Assembly (NCBI GenBank): GCA_947586835.1
Contig: CANPXT010000005.1
Coordinates: 3,327 to 67,326 of the forward strand
Reading direction: 5' to 3'
Length of the DNA: 64,000 nt
From: an uncultured Alphaproteobacteria bacterium
GTDB taxonomy: Bacteria > Pseudomonadota > Alphaproteobacteria > CAAHEQ01 > UBA3637
Each line of letters opens with the position of its first letter. The first letter of the stretch is position 1. Positions 26,976 through 37,321 of the stretch are shown here, piece by piece. The translations under genes were made by a program, and so were the position numbers. Under the pieces are notes generated by a model. The model was given only the letters and a program-made list of their open reading frames with translations. It searched no databases and was not told where the DNA came from.

Positions 26976-27673
26976 TTTTCTTCTTTTGCCTGTTCGTATG
27001 CTTTAACAATTTTTGAAACGAGCCCATGTCGAACGACATCTTTTTCCGTAAAAGTAACAAAGGCAATATCCGAAACGTTTTTTAACACTCGAACGGCATC
27101 GGCTAACCCCGATTGAACACCGCGCGGCAAATCGGTTTGCGTCAAATCTCCGTTGATAATCATACGCGAGCCGACACCCAAACGCGTTAAAAACATTTTC
27201 ATTTGCATGGCGGTCGTATTTTGAGCTTCATCCAAAATTACCACGCAATGACTTAACGTTCGCCCGCGCATATAGGCAAGCGGAGCAATTTCAATTTCAC
27301 CGCTTTCCAGTTTTTTATCAACAATATCAGCCGGTAACATATCATATAACGCATCATATAACGGCCGCAAATACGGATCGATTTTCTCTTTTAAATCTCC
27401 CGGCAAAAAGCCTAAATTTTCTCCCGCTTCCACGGCAGGACGCGTTAAAATAATTCGATCAACCTTTCCCTCCAACATTTCACTCACGGCTTTTGCAACC
27501 GCCAAAAACGTTTTACCCGTACCAGCAGGACCTAATCCGAAAACCATTTCATGCGTATTCATGGCTTCAATGAATGCTCCCTGTGTTTGGGTACGCGGAT
27601 TAATTTGCCGTTTTTTTGTTTTCAGTGTCAATGCCGATGCGGCGTAAGTTTCTTCTTGTTCAGTTGTTACCAT
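26972..27673 (-). CDS. phoH: PhoH-like ATPase (YbeZ)
   Basis: [12 protein letters not shown] Walker A, ILDEAQN, and operon position. Confidence 0.9.
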   Translation of the reverse strand: MVTTEQEETYAASALTLKTKKRQINPRTQTQGAFIEAMNTHEMVFGLGPAGTGKTFLAVAKAVSEMLEGKVDRIILTRPAVEAGENLGFLPGDLKEKIDPYLRPLYDALYDMLPADIVDKKLESGEIEIAPLAYMRGRTLSHCVVILDEAQNTTAMQMKMFLTRLGVGSRMIINGDLTQTDLPRGVQSGLADAVRVLKNVSDIAFVTFTEKDVVRHGLVSKIVKAYEQAKEEK

Positions 27674-27696
27674 TTTGTTTTCCTTTCAATAACAAT

Positions 27697-29028
27697 CTAT
27701 TTTTTATTTATATCATAAATTAATTCGCCTGACAAGGAGGTGGCGCTTGCTTTTTTAATTTTTAACGGAACGATTTGATTAAGACAGGCATTATCTGCTT
27801 CAACGTGAACCGTTTGCAGATAAGGCGTATAGCCGATCAACTGTCCTTTCTTCTTGCCTTTTTCCGTTAACAATACATCCATTGTTTTTCCGACGGTTTT
27901 TTCATATGCTTTTTTTTGTTGATCCAATAATAAAGCCTGCAAACGCATTAACCGTTCCGTTTTAACCTCTTCCGGCACTTGATTTTTCATTAATGCCGCC
28001 GGCGTTCCCGGGCGCGGACTGTATTTAAACGAATAGGAAGACGCATATTCCACTTGACGCACCACTTCCAGCGTTTGTTCAAAATCTGCCTCCGTTTCCC
28101 CGGGAAAGCCGACAATAAAATCAGAGGAAACGGCAATATCGGGACGCGCTTTTCGAAATTGCTCGACAATATCGATATATTGTTCCGCCGTATACTGCCG
28201 ATTCATTGCCTTTAATATAGCATTACTGCCTGATTGAATCGGCAAATGAATATAGGGCATTAAATTTTCGATTTCGGCATGCGCTCTGATCACGCTTGAG
28301 GTAATTTTGGAGGGGTAAGATGTGGTATACCGCAATCTTTTTAATCCTTCCACCTGTGCGACCAAATAAAGTAATTCGCCAAAATTCGCCGCACCGTTGC
28401 CGTGCCAACAATTTACGTTTTGCCCCAAAAGCATAATTTCTTTGGCACCGGTGTCAACCAATTGACGTGCTTCATCAATAATCTCGGCAGCGGAACGGGA
28501 ATATTCGCATCCGCGCGTATAAGGCACAACGCAATAAGTGCAAAAATTGTCACATCCTTCCTGAATGGCCAAAAAGCTGGAAGCCGAAGTTGCCTTTGTT
28601 TTCGGCAGATAATCAAATTTAGATTCGGCAGGAAAATCAGCTTTTAACACTCGCCCGTTTTTTCGATGAAACCGCGCAACCATTTCCGGTAATAAATGAT
28701 AATTTTGCGGACCCACGGCAATGTCCACCGCATGTGATCGCTTTAAAATTTCGCTTCCTTCCGCCTGAACAACACAACCGCAAACAATAATTAACGTTTC
28801 TTTTCCCTGCCGAGACCGTTCTTGCTTAAAAGCATTTAATCGTCCGATTTCAGAAAATAACTTTTCCGATGCTTTTTCCCGAATATGACATGTATTCAAC
28901 AATAAAATATCTGCCTCTTCAGGCGCGGTTGTTTCTTCATATCCCAGTGTCCCCAACGCATCACGAATACGCGCGGAATCATAAATATTCATTTGACAAC
29001 CGAATGTTTTAATAAAAATTTTACCCAA
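27697..29028 (-). CDS. miaB: tRNA-i6A37 methylthiotransferase MiaB
   Basis: FIKTFGCQMN, CDNFCTYC, TRAM C-terminus. Confidence 0.9.
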   Translation of the reverse strand: MGKIFIKTFGCQMNIYDSARIRDALGTLGYEETTAPEEADILLLNTCHIREKASEKLFSEIGRLNAFKQERSRQGKETLIIVCGCVVQAEGSEILKRSHAVDIAVGPQNYHLLPEMVARFHRKNGRVLKADFPAESKFDYLPKTKATSASSFLAIQEGCDNFCTYCVVPYTRGCEYSRSAAEIIDEARQLVDTGAKEIMLLGQNVNCWHGNGAANFGELLYLVAQVEGLKRLRYTTSYPSKITSSVIRAHAEIENLMPYIHLPIQSGSNAILKAMNRQYTAEQYIDIVEQFRKARPDIAVSSDFIVGFPGETEADFEQTLEVVRQVEYASSYSFKYSPRPGTPAALMKNQVPEEVKTERLMRLQALLLDQQKKAYEKTVGKTMDVLLTEKGKKKGQLIGYTPYLQTVHVEADNACLNQIVPLKIKKASATSLSGELIYDINKK

Positions 29029-29040
29029 TCAAAATCTCCG

Positions 29041-29793
29041 TTATTTTAAATATTCTTCCACACGCTCTTTCAATTGCGTTATGGCTTGCTGACGCGCAAA
29101 TGCATCGGCATTACCCTTTTTCGGATAAACCGTATCCATAAAGGTATTATACGCATCAACCGTTAAGACTTCACGCGCCGTTTCTTGCATTTTGCGCTGT
29201 TTCCAAAGGCTGCCCGTTTTCATCAAAGATGCTTTCTTTTCGGGGGGAACTTGATACGTTTGTAAAATAACACGCGCTTCATTATCTGTTTTATGAACGG
29301 TCGGATAATACCATTTTTGAGCAGCATCTTCCTGTGCTAAAGTTAATAACACATACGGATGCAACATTTCACCTTTAAACGGCATGTTTTTTTCTTTCAT
29401 CACAGCTTGTATTTGATCCATGTATGATGCCAACGTTTCACGTTCGGATTCTTCGGAATCCATTTTCAACAAAACTTTTGCCAATGCTACCTGAGCGGTG
29501 GCATTTCCGTTTTCTGCCGCCAAATGATAAAACAACAACATCTTCATAACATCTTGATGGCTTTGATTTTGCTTATTTTGATAAAAACGCGCCAACCAAA
29601 ATTGCGATTCTTCATCATTTTCATTTACGGCACATTGAGAAAAATCGGCAATTGCCTGTTTCTGATTTCCCTGACTTAATGCCTTTTGAGCTGCAACACA
29701 TTGAGCATAAGCAGGAAAAGCAAATACGCTTGAAAAAATAATTCCAATCGATAAAAGACGGCAGAACGTAAAAATATATTTTATTTTATTCAT
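29041..29793 (-). CDS. Secreted Sel1/TPR-like repeat protein
   Basis: Signal peptide ending AYAQC. Sel1-type units are present (A..W.A..Y, AAENGNATAQVALAKVLL). Confidence 0.65.
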   Translation of the reverse strand: MNKIKYIFTFCRLLSIGIIFSSVFAFPAYAQCVAAQKALSQGNQKQAIADFSQCAVNENDEESQFWLARFYQNKQNQSHQDVMKMLLFYHLAAENGNATAQVALAKVLLKMDSEESERETLASYMDQIQAVMKEKNMPFKGEMLHPYVLLTLAQEDAAQKWYYPTVHKTDNEARVILQTYQVPPEKKASLMKTGSLWKQRKMQETAREVLTVDAYNTFMDTVYPKKGNADAFARQQAITQLKERVEEYLK

Positions 29794-31672
29794 CAAAAAC
29801 AACCTCCACATGACTTACTTGTTCCGGTGCCGGAACAACACTTGAAAAAAAGGCTTGAACGGAATTACCGTCAATTTCCGGTTGAGATAAAATAATGCGT
29901 TTTCGTGCAACCGGCATATCATTTTGATCATAAACAACAGCTTTTAGTTGCGGAATCACAACTTTTGTCAATTCCGTATTGACAACAACGCCTTTAATCA
30001 TCAGACGCAAAACACCTGCTTCATTTTGCGAGATTTCATAAGCAATATCTTGTATTTTTAAAATACGATTTGCTTCGGTTGTGTTGAGTTGTTTAGCTTT
30101 TATCGGCTCACCGACCGTAAAGACAGGATTATTTTCCGTTTCAGTCGTCAATGCTTGCTGTTGCATCGGTGCTTGTATGGATTGTTGCAAAGCTTGCTGC
30201 GGTGTCGGAGCCGACTGCTGCGCCTGTTCTGACTGAGGCACCGCTGCTTGCGGCTGTGCTTCTTGCGACGGCTGTAGCGTCGGCTGTGGCGTCGGCTGTT
30301 GTTGAGGTTGTTGTGCCGAAGATGACGGTTGCAACGACTGTGGCATCGGTTGTTCCGAAACTTTCACCGGTTCCGATGTTGCCTGATCTTTCGAAGGTGA
30401 TTCTTCCGCTGTTTGAGCATTATTTTCCGATGAAGTCGGCTCAGATTCCGATGTTGCTGAGGCTTCACTTAATATGGCTCGCGACAAATGATGTTCGGCT
30501 GCCAATGCAGCTACTTCATTTTCCAAGTTTTCTTCCGCTGCCCCTTGTTCCAATTGTTCATCCAACAATTTCGCTGCTGTTTTTGCTTGTTCGGATGAAT
30601 TTTCCGAATTTAAAGATGTCGGCTGTTGCACCTGTTCCGAAACCGGCTGTTGCGCCTGTTCCGATTGTGACGTCGCTGCTTGCGGTTGTTCTGCTGCTTG
30701 CGACTGTTCTTCTTGCGCCGATTGTTGCGCTTTGGCTTGTTGAGCCATTAATCGGGTTGGCTTCGGTGCTTGTGCCATTTGTTGATTCATGGCCACTTGC
30801 GGAACTGGCTGAACTGCCGATTCCGACTTTGATACCGATTTTGTATCCGCCGGTTGCGTTTCTTGGGCAGACTCTTTGGCACTTGATTGCACTTTTTCTT
30901 CACCGGCTGTCGGTTTTTCCGACTTTATCGGCGGAAGCGACTGAGACTGATCACCCGAATTATTTTGAATCTGTTGAGATGTTTTCGACGTCGGTTGCAA
31001 ATCTTCGGCTTGATTAATTTTGTTATTTTTTTTGACCGAAACAGTTTTTTTCTCTTTCGAAACATAATTTTTATCTAATTTCGAAACGATAAAATCTTCC
31101 GTTTTTTCCATAAACGGATATTGTGTCAACAAATAAAGGGAACCGTAACAAATACCGCCTGCCACACATAACCAGAAAAGCGCACTGATAACGGAAGTTT
31201 TTTTCTTTTTTGTTTCCACCGGTTTAAAAGCTTCCGGCAATGCATCTAACCGATCGGAATCCTGTGGTGTTTCATTGGCCAACAAAGCAAGCGAATCGGC
31301 ATCGGAAAAAATCGGATCCGCTCTTTTGACATTTTGATTTGACTCCGAAAGAGGCGGATTTATATTTTCATTTACTTTATTCGATTCGTTTTTCTCATCA
31401 ATTTTTTCATCGGATTCGGTTGATGATGAATTTATTTCAGGCACCGAAACCATTTCTTCATACTGCCCGCCTGCTTCATTCATCACGGCCGAAACGGTGG
31501 GAATTTCCTCATCTTCCGAGGAAGCATCATCGCCGTAAAACCCAGTCTGACGCTCACTTCTTAAGGTAAAATAGTTTCCACAGGCAGAGCAATGAAACTT
31601 TTGTCCTTCGGGTACTTTAATCTCATCTGAAATGACATATTGTGTAAAACATTTTGGACATATAACTAACAT
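29786..31672 (-). CDS. ZitP-like protein: MJ0042-type zinc ribbon, one TM helix, long Q/P/S/E-rich low-complexity region, DUF3426-like C-terminus
   Basis: MLVICPKCFTQYVISD...FHCSACGNYF (CPxC...CxxC). TM helix VISALFWLCVAGGICYGSLYLL. C-terminal beta-rich domain LRLMIKGVVVN...VEVVF. Confidence 0.6.
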   Translation of the reverse strand: MLVICPKCFTQYVISDEIKVPEGQKFHCSACGNYFTLRSERQTGFYGDDASSEDEEIPTVSAVMNEAGGQYEEMVSVPEINSSSTESDEKIDEKNESNKVNENINPPLSESNQNVKRADPIFSDADSLALLANETPQDSDRLDALPEAFKPVETKKKKTSVISALFWLCVAGGICYGSLYLLTQYPFMEKTEDFIVSKLDKNYVSKEKKTVSVKKNNKINQAEDLQPTSKTSQQIQNNSGDQSQSLPPIKSEKPTAGEEKVQSSAKESAQETQPADTKSVSKSESAVQPVPQVAMNQQMAQAPKPTRLMAQQAKAQQSAQEEQSQAAEQPQAATSQSEQAQQPVSEQVQQPTSLNSENSSEQAKTAAKLLDEQLEQGAAEENLENEVAALAAEHHLSRAILSEASATSESEPTSSENNAQTAEESPSKDQATSEPVKVSEQPMPQSLQPSSSAQQPQQQPTPQPTLQPSQEAQPQAAVPQSEQAQQSAPTPQQALQQSIQAPMQQQALTTETENNPVFTVGEPIKAKQLNTTEANRILKIQDIAYEISQNEAGVLRLMIKGVVVNTELTKVVIPQLKAVVYDQNDMPVARKRIILSQPEIDGNSVQAFFSSVVPAPEQVSHVEVVFDE

Positions 31673-31761
31673 TTATCTTTTCCTTTTCAAAAAAATGGTG
31701 TAAGTATTATATATACAATTTTTAAAAAAGTTACAACTTATTTTTAAAAAAGGATGAAAAC

Positions 31762-32493
31762 GTGTTTGAAAAAAATAAACTTTCCACACCCATTGCCGAA
31801 TTTAACGGCGTTTCTTTTCGATACGGAAGCGGCAGTGATGTTTTAAAAGACATTCAAGTAACTTTACAACCGGGGTCGTTTCATTTTATGACGGGGGAAA
31901 GCGGTGCGGGCAAAACTTCATTACTCGGATTGCTGTATATGAATCATTTACCAACACGCGGACGTGTTCGTTTGTTCGGCAAGGCGGTTGATACGCTCTC
32001 TCGTGCCGAAAAATCACAAATTCGGCGACAAATCGGTGTTGTGTTTCAAGATTACCGCTTGCTCAATCATTTAAACGCTTTCGACAATGTTGCGTTACCG
32101 TTACGCATTGCCAATGTGAAAGAAACCGAAATTAAACGACATGTGAGCGAACTGTTAGCTTGGGTCGGATTGGAAAAACAGCTTCGCGCTTTTCCGCCCG
32201 AACTGTCCGGCGGCGAAAAGCAACGGATTGCCATCGCACGCGCCGTGATTAATCGACCGCAGCTGCTTTTGGCAGACGAACCGACCGGTAATGTTGATGA
32301 TGCCATGGCTAAACGTTTGCTTTATTTATTTTTAGAACTCAATAAACTGGGGACCACCATTGTCATTGCCACGCACAATCAAAGTTTAATCAAGCACTTT
32401 AAATTTCCGCAACTTCATTTATCACACGGACGTTTAGAACATATTGCAACCCCTGCTGCGCGCAGCAATAATTTTACGGAGAACAAAGAATGA
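31762..32493 (+). CDS. ftsE: Cell-division ABC ATPase FtsE
   Basis: GESGAGKTS Walker A, LSGGEKQR signature, LLLADEPTGN. GTG start. Confidence 0.88.
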   Translation: MFEKNKLSTPIAEFNGVSFRYGSGSDVLKDIQVTLQPGSFHFMTGESGAGKTSLLGLLYMNHLPTRGRVRLFGKAVDTLSRAEKSQIRRQIGVVFQDYRLLNHLNAFDNVALPLRIANVKETEIKRHVSELLAWVGLEKQLRAFPPELSGGEKQRIAIARAVINRPQLLLADEPTGNVDDAMAKRLLYLFLELNKLGTTIVIATHNQSLIKHFKFPQLHLSHGRLEHIATPAARSNNFTENKE

Positions 32494-33383
32494 CAAAAGC
32501 TGCCGATATTCCTTTTGCTCAAGATTCATCCACTTTTTTTATTTGTTGGATTAGTATGTTAATGGTTTTTTTATCCGTTCTGACATTGGCTTTTTCTCTG
32601 GTAACGCATACATCCGTACAAAGCTGGTATAAAAATATTGCCGGCTCAATGACAGTTCAAATTCCAACTTTTACTGCCGATGGAAAAGAACGCAGTGAAT
32701 TGGTACAAACGGATATTGATGCCGCTTTGGGGATTTTGCTTTCCACCGACGGCGTGATTGATGCACAAGTTTTAAGCGAATCGCAAATGGATTCGTTAAT
32801 GGCACCATGGATGGGCGACAATGCCTCAACGGCAGAATTACCGCTTCCGAAACTGATTGATGTGAAAGTTGATACCAATCATTTGCCCGATTTAGATCAA
32901 ATCAAAGCCGATTTTGCCGAACAAGTGCCGTTGGCCGTGTTAGACAGTCATCGTATTTCTTTGGCAGAGTTGGTAAAACTGGCGCAAAATTTAACGCGTC
33001 TGACCGGTTTAATTTTGCTTTTAATGCTGACAAGTATGGCATTTTCCATTATTTTTGTGACAAAATCGGGGCTAAAAGTACATCGACAAGTGATTGCTTT
33101 GATTCATATGATGGGAGCCGGTGATTTTTACATTACGCGTCAGTTTGCCAATCGCAGCGGCGGATTAGCTTTCAGCGGCGGATTAATCGGATTTATGCTG
33201 TCATTACCCGTTATGGCATTTATTGCTTATTATTTAAGCGACTTAACGGGCGGATTTATTATTCAGGCCTCATTAAGCACAATGCAGTGGCTGCTTTTGT
33301 TATCCGTTCCATTAATTGCATCATTATTAGCCTATTTAACGGCAGCTTACACGGTCTTTTCGGAATTAAAAAGAAGTTTGTAG
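32490..33383 (+). CDS. ftsX: Cell-division permease FtsX
   Basis: Four-TM topology with a large first periplasmic loop. Translationally coupled to ftsE. Confidence 0.8.
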   Translation: MTKAADIPFAQDSSTFFICWISMLMVFLSVLTLAFSLVTHTSVQSWYKNIAGSMTVQIPTFTADGKERSELVQTDIDAALGILLSTDGVIDAQVLSESQMDSLMAPWMGDNASTAELPLPKLIDVKVDTNHLPDLDQIKADFAEQVPLAVLDSHRISLAELVKLAQNLTRLTGLILLLMLTSMAFSIIFVTKSGLKVHRQVIALIHMMGAGDFYITRQFANRSGGLAFSGGLIGFMLSLPVMAFIAYYLSDLTGGFIIQASLSTMQWLLLLSVPLIASLLAYLTAAYTVFSELKRSL

Positions 33384-33384
33384 T

Positions 33385-33975
33385 ATGAAACAAAAGCATA
33401 TTTCGCATTTAATTTTATATTGTCTGGCATTAACCTTTTCCGTCTGGTTAATCGGGTTTGCCATATTTTGCGTTTATGCTTTATCTTTGCAATCGGAGAG
33501 CAACAAACCAAAAGATGCGGTCGTTGTGTTAACAGGTGGCAACAATCGAATCGGCACCGCGTTAGATGTTTTTAAAAAACATCATGCAAAATACATGCTT
33601 ATATCGGGCGTTAATAAAAAAGTTACAAAAGAAAAACTTTTAAGCAGTATTTCCGTATCCGAACAGGAAAAAATCACACTCGGATATGAAGCCGAAGACA
33701 CCGTCGGAAATGCGCGAGAAATTAACAATTGGATTCAAGATAAAGATATTTCTTCCATTTTACTGATTACCAGTTTTTATCATATGCCGCGCAGCATTTT
33801 TGAAATCGGACGAAAAAATCCCACCCTTAAAATTGCGCCGTGGCCTGTGTTTCCGACAGAGTTTGATCAATCAGTCGAATGGATTAAAACACGCTATGCA
33901 TGGCAATTGTTGTTAGAATATCACAAATTTATTTTTGTTCAAGTTAAATCACTCATACAATCCGGAGGTTTTTAA
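33385..33975 (+). CDS. DUF218 / YdcF-ElyC family protein
   Basis: N-terminal TM helix, VVVLTGGNNR, LISGVN, ITSFYHMPR. Confidence 0.7.
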   Translation: MKQKHISHLILYCLALTFSVWLIGFAIFCVYALSLQSESNKPKDAVVVLTGGNNRIGTALDVFKKHHAKYMLISGVNKKVTKEKLLSSISVSEQEKITLGYEAEDTVGNAREINNWIQDKDISSILLITSFYHMPRSIFEIGRKNPTLKIAPWPVFPTEFDQSVEWIKTRYAWQLLLEYHKFIFVQVKSLIQSGGF

Positions 33976-33976
33976 G

Positions 33977-34717
33977 ATGTATCAGATTGGTTTATGGATT
34001 CGTTCTGTTTTATTTCTCATAATATTATATGTCGGCACCTTTATTTTATTCTTCGTTTTTATACCGACACTGTTTTTTACCCGAAAAATGTCGGGTTGTT
34101 TTCCGCGTTTTTGGGCAACGGTTATGCCCAAAGCGTTACGTTTTGTTTGCGGAGTCAAACTCAATATTGAAGGTTTGGAAAATTTACCGAAACTAAACGG
34201 CTATATTATTGCGTCCAAGCATCAATCTGCTTTTGAAACAATGGTATTTCACGCCATTGTACCGAACGTGTTTTATGTGTTAAAAAAAGAATTGATGTAT
34301 TTGCCCATTGCCGGCATTTATTTTTTAAAAACAGGGTGTATTCCCATTGACCGTAAAGGCGGCGCTAAAACAATGCGTCATATGTTAGCGGGTGTTAAAA
34401 CTCGCTTACAAGAAGGAATGAACTTAATTATTTTTCCCGAAGGCACACGCACAAAACCGGGAACAAAAAAACCTTATACGCCGGGTGTTGCGTTTTTGTA
34501 TGAGCAATGCAACGTGCCGGTGGTACCGGTGGCTCTCAATACGGGTTATTGCTGGCCCAAAAACAAAGTGAAGAAATATCCCGGTCAACTGACCATTCGT
34601 TTTTTACCGCCTGTTGCTCCGGGATTGGATAAACGTGTTTTTCTGAATACGCTTTATGAACAAATTGAATCGGCACAAGATTTACTGCCCGATCCCTTTC
34701 GAAAAGAGGTAAAATGA
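33977..34717 (+). CDS. plsC: 1-acyl-sn-glycerol-3-phosphate acyltransferase
   Basis: SKHQSAFET (HX4D-type block) and FPEGTR. GGAGG RBS lies before the ATG at 33977. Confidence 0.85.
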   Translation: MYQIGLWIRSVLFLIILYVGTFILFFVFIPTLFFTRKMSGCFPRFWATVMPKALRFVCGVKLNIEGLENLPKLNGYIIASKHQSAFETMVFHAIVPNVFYVLKKELMYLPIAGIYFLKTGCIPIDRKGGAKTMRHMLAGVKTRLQEGMNLIIFPEGTRTKPGTKKPYTPGVAFLYEQCNVPVVPVALNTGYCWPKNKVKKYPGQLTIRFLPPVAPGLDKRVFLNTLYEQIESAQDLLPDPFRKEVK

Positions 34718-35811
34718 TTATTGAGCAAAAAACCGCCGTCGGAATTTATTCGGATTCCGGTTTAAACTGCGTTGAAGTGGCACTTTTACAAACGGACGGG
34801 CTTGATCTGTTCGGAGAAAATGAGCAACTCATTCGCCCCTATCCTGCCGATTTACGGGAAAAAGTATTCAACTTTATTTTAAAAGGCGATTATACCCGCA
34901 CGCAAGAAATGATTGATATTGATACGGCTTTGACAGACTTTCACTTATCCGTTTATCAAGAATTTCGCACGCAAACCAAACGAACCTATCCCAAAATTGA
35001 TGTAATCGGTTATTCGGGGCATGTGGTCTACCATAAACCGAAAGAAAAAATCTCCATTGCACTCGGAAATCCGCAAACGTTAGCAAATCAGACCAAAACA
35101 ACGGTTGTTTCCCGCTTTATTCAATCTGATTTAAAGCAAGGCGGTCAAGGCGGACCGTTATTCGCCTCGTATTACGGAGCTTTAACGCAATCCATTGAAA
35201 AGCCGCTGGGGATTTTATCAATCGGCGGCATTATCACGTTAACGGTTATCGGTCCGCTCGGAGAATTACAAGCATTTGACGTGGGAATCGGAACGGCTTT
35301 ATTGGATTATTGGATGATGCGCCGAACCGGTGCGGAAATGGATTTTGACGGCACGACAGCCGCTAAAGGAACCGTTGATGAGCGATTGGCAACGCGGTTA
35401 TTAAAACAAAAATATTATGCCGTTCATCCGCCGAAAACGGTGAATAAAAATGATTTTATTCCGCTGTATTCGCAGGTGGAAGGATGTTCTGTCGCCGACG
35501 GAGCAGCAACATTAACGGCAGTCATTGCCCGCAGTATTCAAGAAGCGCGCGCTTATTTAACCATGCAACCCGTTCAATGGATAATAATCGGCGGTGGAAC
35601 GTATAATCCCGAAATTGTGCGACAGATTAAAAATATCTTACCTGAAAAAACCGTTTTGGGTAAAGATGTCGGTTGGAAAAATGACACTTTAAATGCACAA
35701 AGTTATGCTTTTTTAAGCGTGCGTTCTCTGGCCGGTCTTCCGATCAGCTTTGAGCAAACAACGGGCGTAAATATCCCCACAACGGGCGGTCGCCTGTTTT
35801 TACCCGAATAA
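34714..35811 (+). CDS. anmK: Anhydro-N-acetylmuramic acid kinase
   Basis: GGQGGPLFASYYGAL, SIGGI, FDVGIGTALLDYW. The N-terminal phosphate-1 motif is divergent. Confidence 0.75.
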   Translation: MIIEQKTAVGIYSDSGLNCVEVALLQTDGLDLFGENEQLIRPYPADLREKVFNFILKGDYTRTQEMIDIDTALTDFHLSVYQEFRTQTKRTYPKIDVIGYSGHVVYHKPKEKISIALGNPQTLANQTKTTVVSRFIQSDLKQGGQGGPLFASYYGALTQSIEKPLGILSIGGIITLTVIGPLGELQAFDVGIGTALLDYWMMRRTGAEMDFDGTTAAKGTVDERLATRLLKQKYYAVHPPKTVNKNDFIPLYSQVEGCSVADGAATLTAVIARSIQEARAYLTMQPVQWIIIGGGTYNPEIVRQIKNILPEKTVLGKDVGWKNDTLNAQSYAFLSVRSLAGLPISFEQTTGVNIPTTGGRLFLPE

Positions 35812-35854
35812 ATATTTTGTTTAATAAGGCTTCGCAAAAGCTTTAAGTGCTCAT

Positions 35855-36607
35855 CTATTTCAACGGACGCACCAAATCGGTAATAACGCCGTGCAGCGTT
35901 TTTATTTCCGAATGCGTCAGCGGCAAACGCGTAAAAATATTCCGTAAATTATTTTTCATCCGCTCTTCTTTATCCGGAAAACGAAAATATCCTCTCAACC
36001 GTAATTCTTGTTCCAAGTGCGTCAGAAAAGAGTCCACTTCTCCCTTGTTTGCCAAAGCGGAACCACCGGTGTTATAATGCGAACAATCACTGAAATGTCG
36101 TTTTTGAAACAACTCATACCCGATCAGTAATACCGCTTGTGATAAATTTAATGAACAATGCGCCGGATTTAAAGGAATTTCAATTATTTTGTTTGCACAA
36201 ACAATTTCTTCATTTTCAAGCCCTGTTCGCTCGGCTCCGAATAATACTGCCGTTTTCTGCTCTTGATTTTCTGCCTGCCACAGCTCCTCAACGGCTTTCA
36301 CGGGTGATAAAACAGGTTTTGTCATATCCCGCGGACGAGCCGTTGTGGCAAAAATAAGCTGACAATCGGCTACGGCATCCGACAAAGAGTCATAAACAAC
36401 TGCTTTTTCCAAAATTTCCTGCGCACCCGATGACGCTGCCAATGCTTTTTCCGACAAATGATTATCTCGCGGCATCACAAGCCGTAAATTCGACAATGCA
36501 CAGTTCATCATGGCACGCGCGACCATTCCCATATTTTCAGCTAACTGCGGTCGTACCAAAATAATACTCGGTGCCTTTTCAAAAAACGCACATTTGACTT
36601 TTTTCAT
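35855..36607 (-). CDS. SpoU/TrmH-family RNA 2'-O-methyltransferase (TrmJ-like)
   Basis: ILVRPQLAENMGMVARAMMN, LFGAERTGLENEE, IEIPLNPAHCSLNLSQAV. Confidence 0.8.
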   Translation of the reverse strand: MKKVKCAFFEKAPSIILVRPQLAENMGMVARAMMNCALSNLRLVMPRDNHLSEKALAASSGAQEILEKAVVYDSLSDAVADCQLIFATTARPRDMTKPVLSPVKAVEELWQAENQEQKTAVLFGAERTGLENEEIVCANKIIEIPLNPAHCSLNLSQAVLLIGYELFQKRHFSDCSHYNTGGSALANKGEVDSFLTHLEQELRLRGYFRFPDKEERMKNNLRNIFTRLPLTHSEIKTLHGVITDLVRPLK

Positions 36608-36610
36608 TTT

Positions 36611-37321
36611 TTAATTGAATGTATCCGGATTCAATGCATAAGACTTCACACCCAACCGCTTTTTCGGCTTTGCCGTCAGTGCACCGCTTGTCGGACGCAA
36701 AGAAATACTTCCCACCGATTGAACAGATCGGCGATTATTATTGGCTACCCCTGTCGGCAATGATTGTTGTGCTTGTTGCGCCTGCGGTTTTGCATTCGGA
36801 TGCGATGCAGCAGCTTGCGTTTCTTCTTCGGGGGCTTTCTTTTTCAATTGTTGCGGTAAAAAGGCTTTATTAATCGAGACCGACGAAGTCAAATCGCTTA
36901 ATGCTTGCACCGGATTGCCATCAATGGATGGAACAAAAGTATTGACTTGATTTTCCGATATTTGATAATTTATCGGCACTTGCTTATTGTCATACAAATC
37001 CGCTGCCTGTTGCAATTGACTGTCATCATATTTAAACGTGTCGGCCATTTGCTTTAAAGTTCCTGTTTTATTGTTTTGGTTATGCTTACTTTTTAACATT
37101 TGCCGATAAATTAATTTTGTTTCGTACGGACCGAAATTCGGATTTTTTTCAAATACTTTTTGAAGTGATTCCGTTAAGCGCGGATCACTTTCCGCCTCAG
37201 TATTTGCCGAAGCCGCTGACGCCGAAGCACCTGCCTGTTGAGCCGAAGTTGCCGCTTGTTGTGCCAAAGCCGGAAAACATACGGAACCGACAATCAAACC
37301 GACTAAAAGTTTTTTAAGCAT
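36611..37321 (-). CDS. Secreted protein of unknown function (signal peptide, Q-rich)
   Basis: MLKKLLVGLIVGSVCFPALAQQ. No motif recognised. Confidence 0.5.
   Translation of the reverse strand: MLKKLLVGLIVGSVCFPALAQQAATSAQQAGASASAASANTEAESDPRLTESLQKVFEKNPNFGPYETKLIYRQMLKSKHNQNNKTGTLKQMADTFKYDDSQLQQAADLYDNKQVPINYQISENQVNTFVPSIDGNPVQALSDLTSSVSINKAFLPQQLKKKAPEEETQAAASHPNAKPQAQQAQQSLPTGVANNNRRSVQSVGSISLRPTSGALTAKPKKRLGVKSYALNPDTFN

Noticed and set aside
30151-31017. A 288-aa plus-strand ORF antisense to the ZitP-like gene.
   Set aside because: It lies wholly inside the Q/P-rich low-complexity region of a gene whose end domains are recognisable. Its open frame is a by-product of the biased codons.
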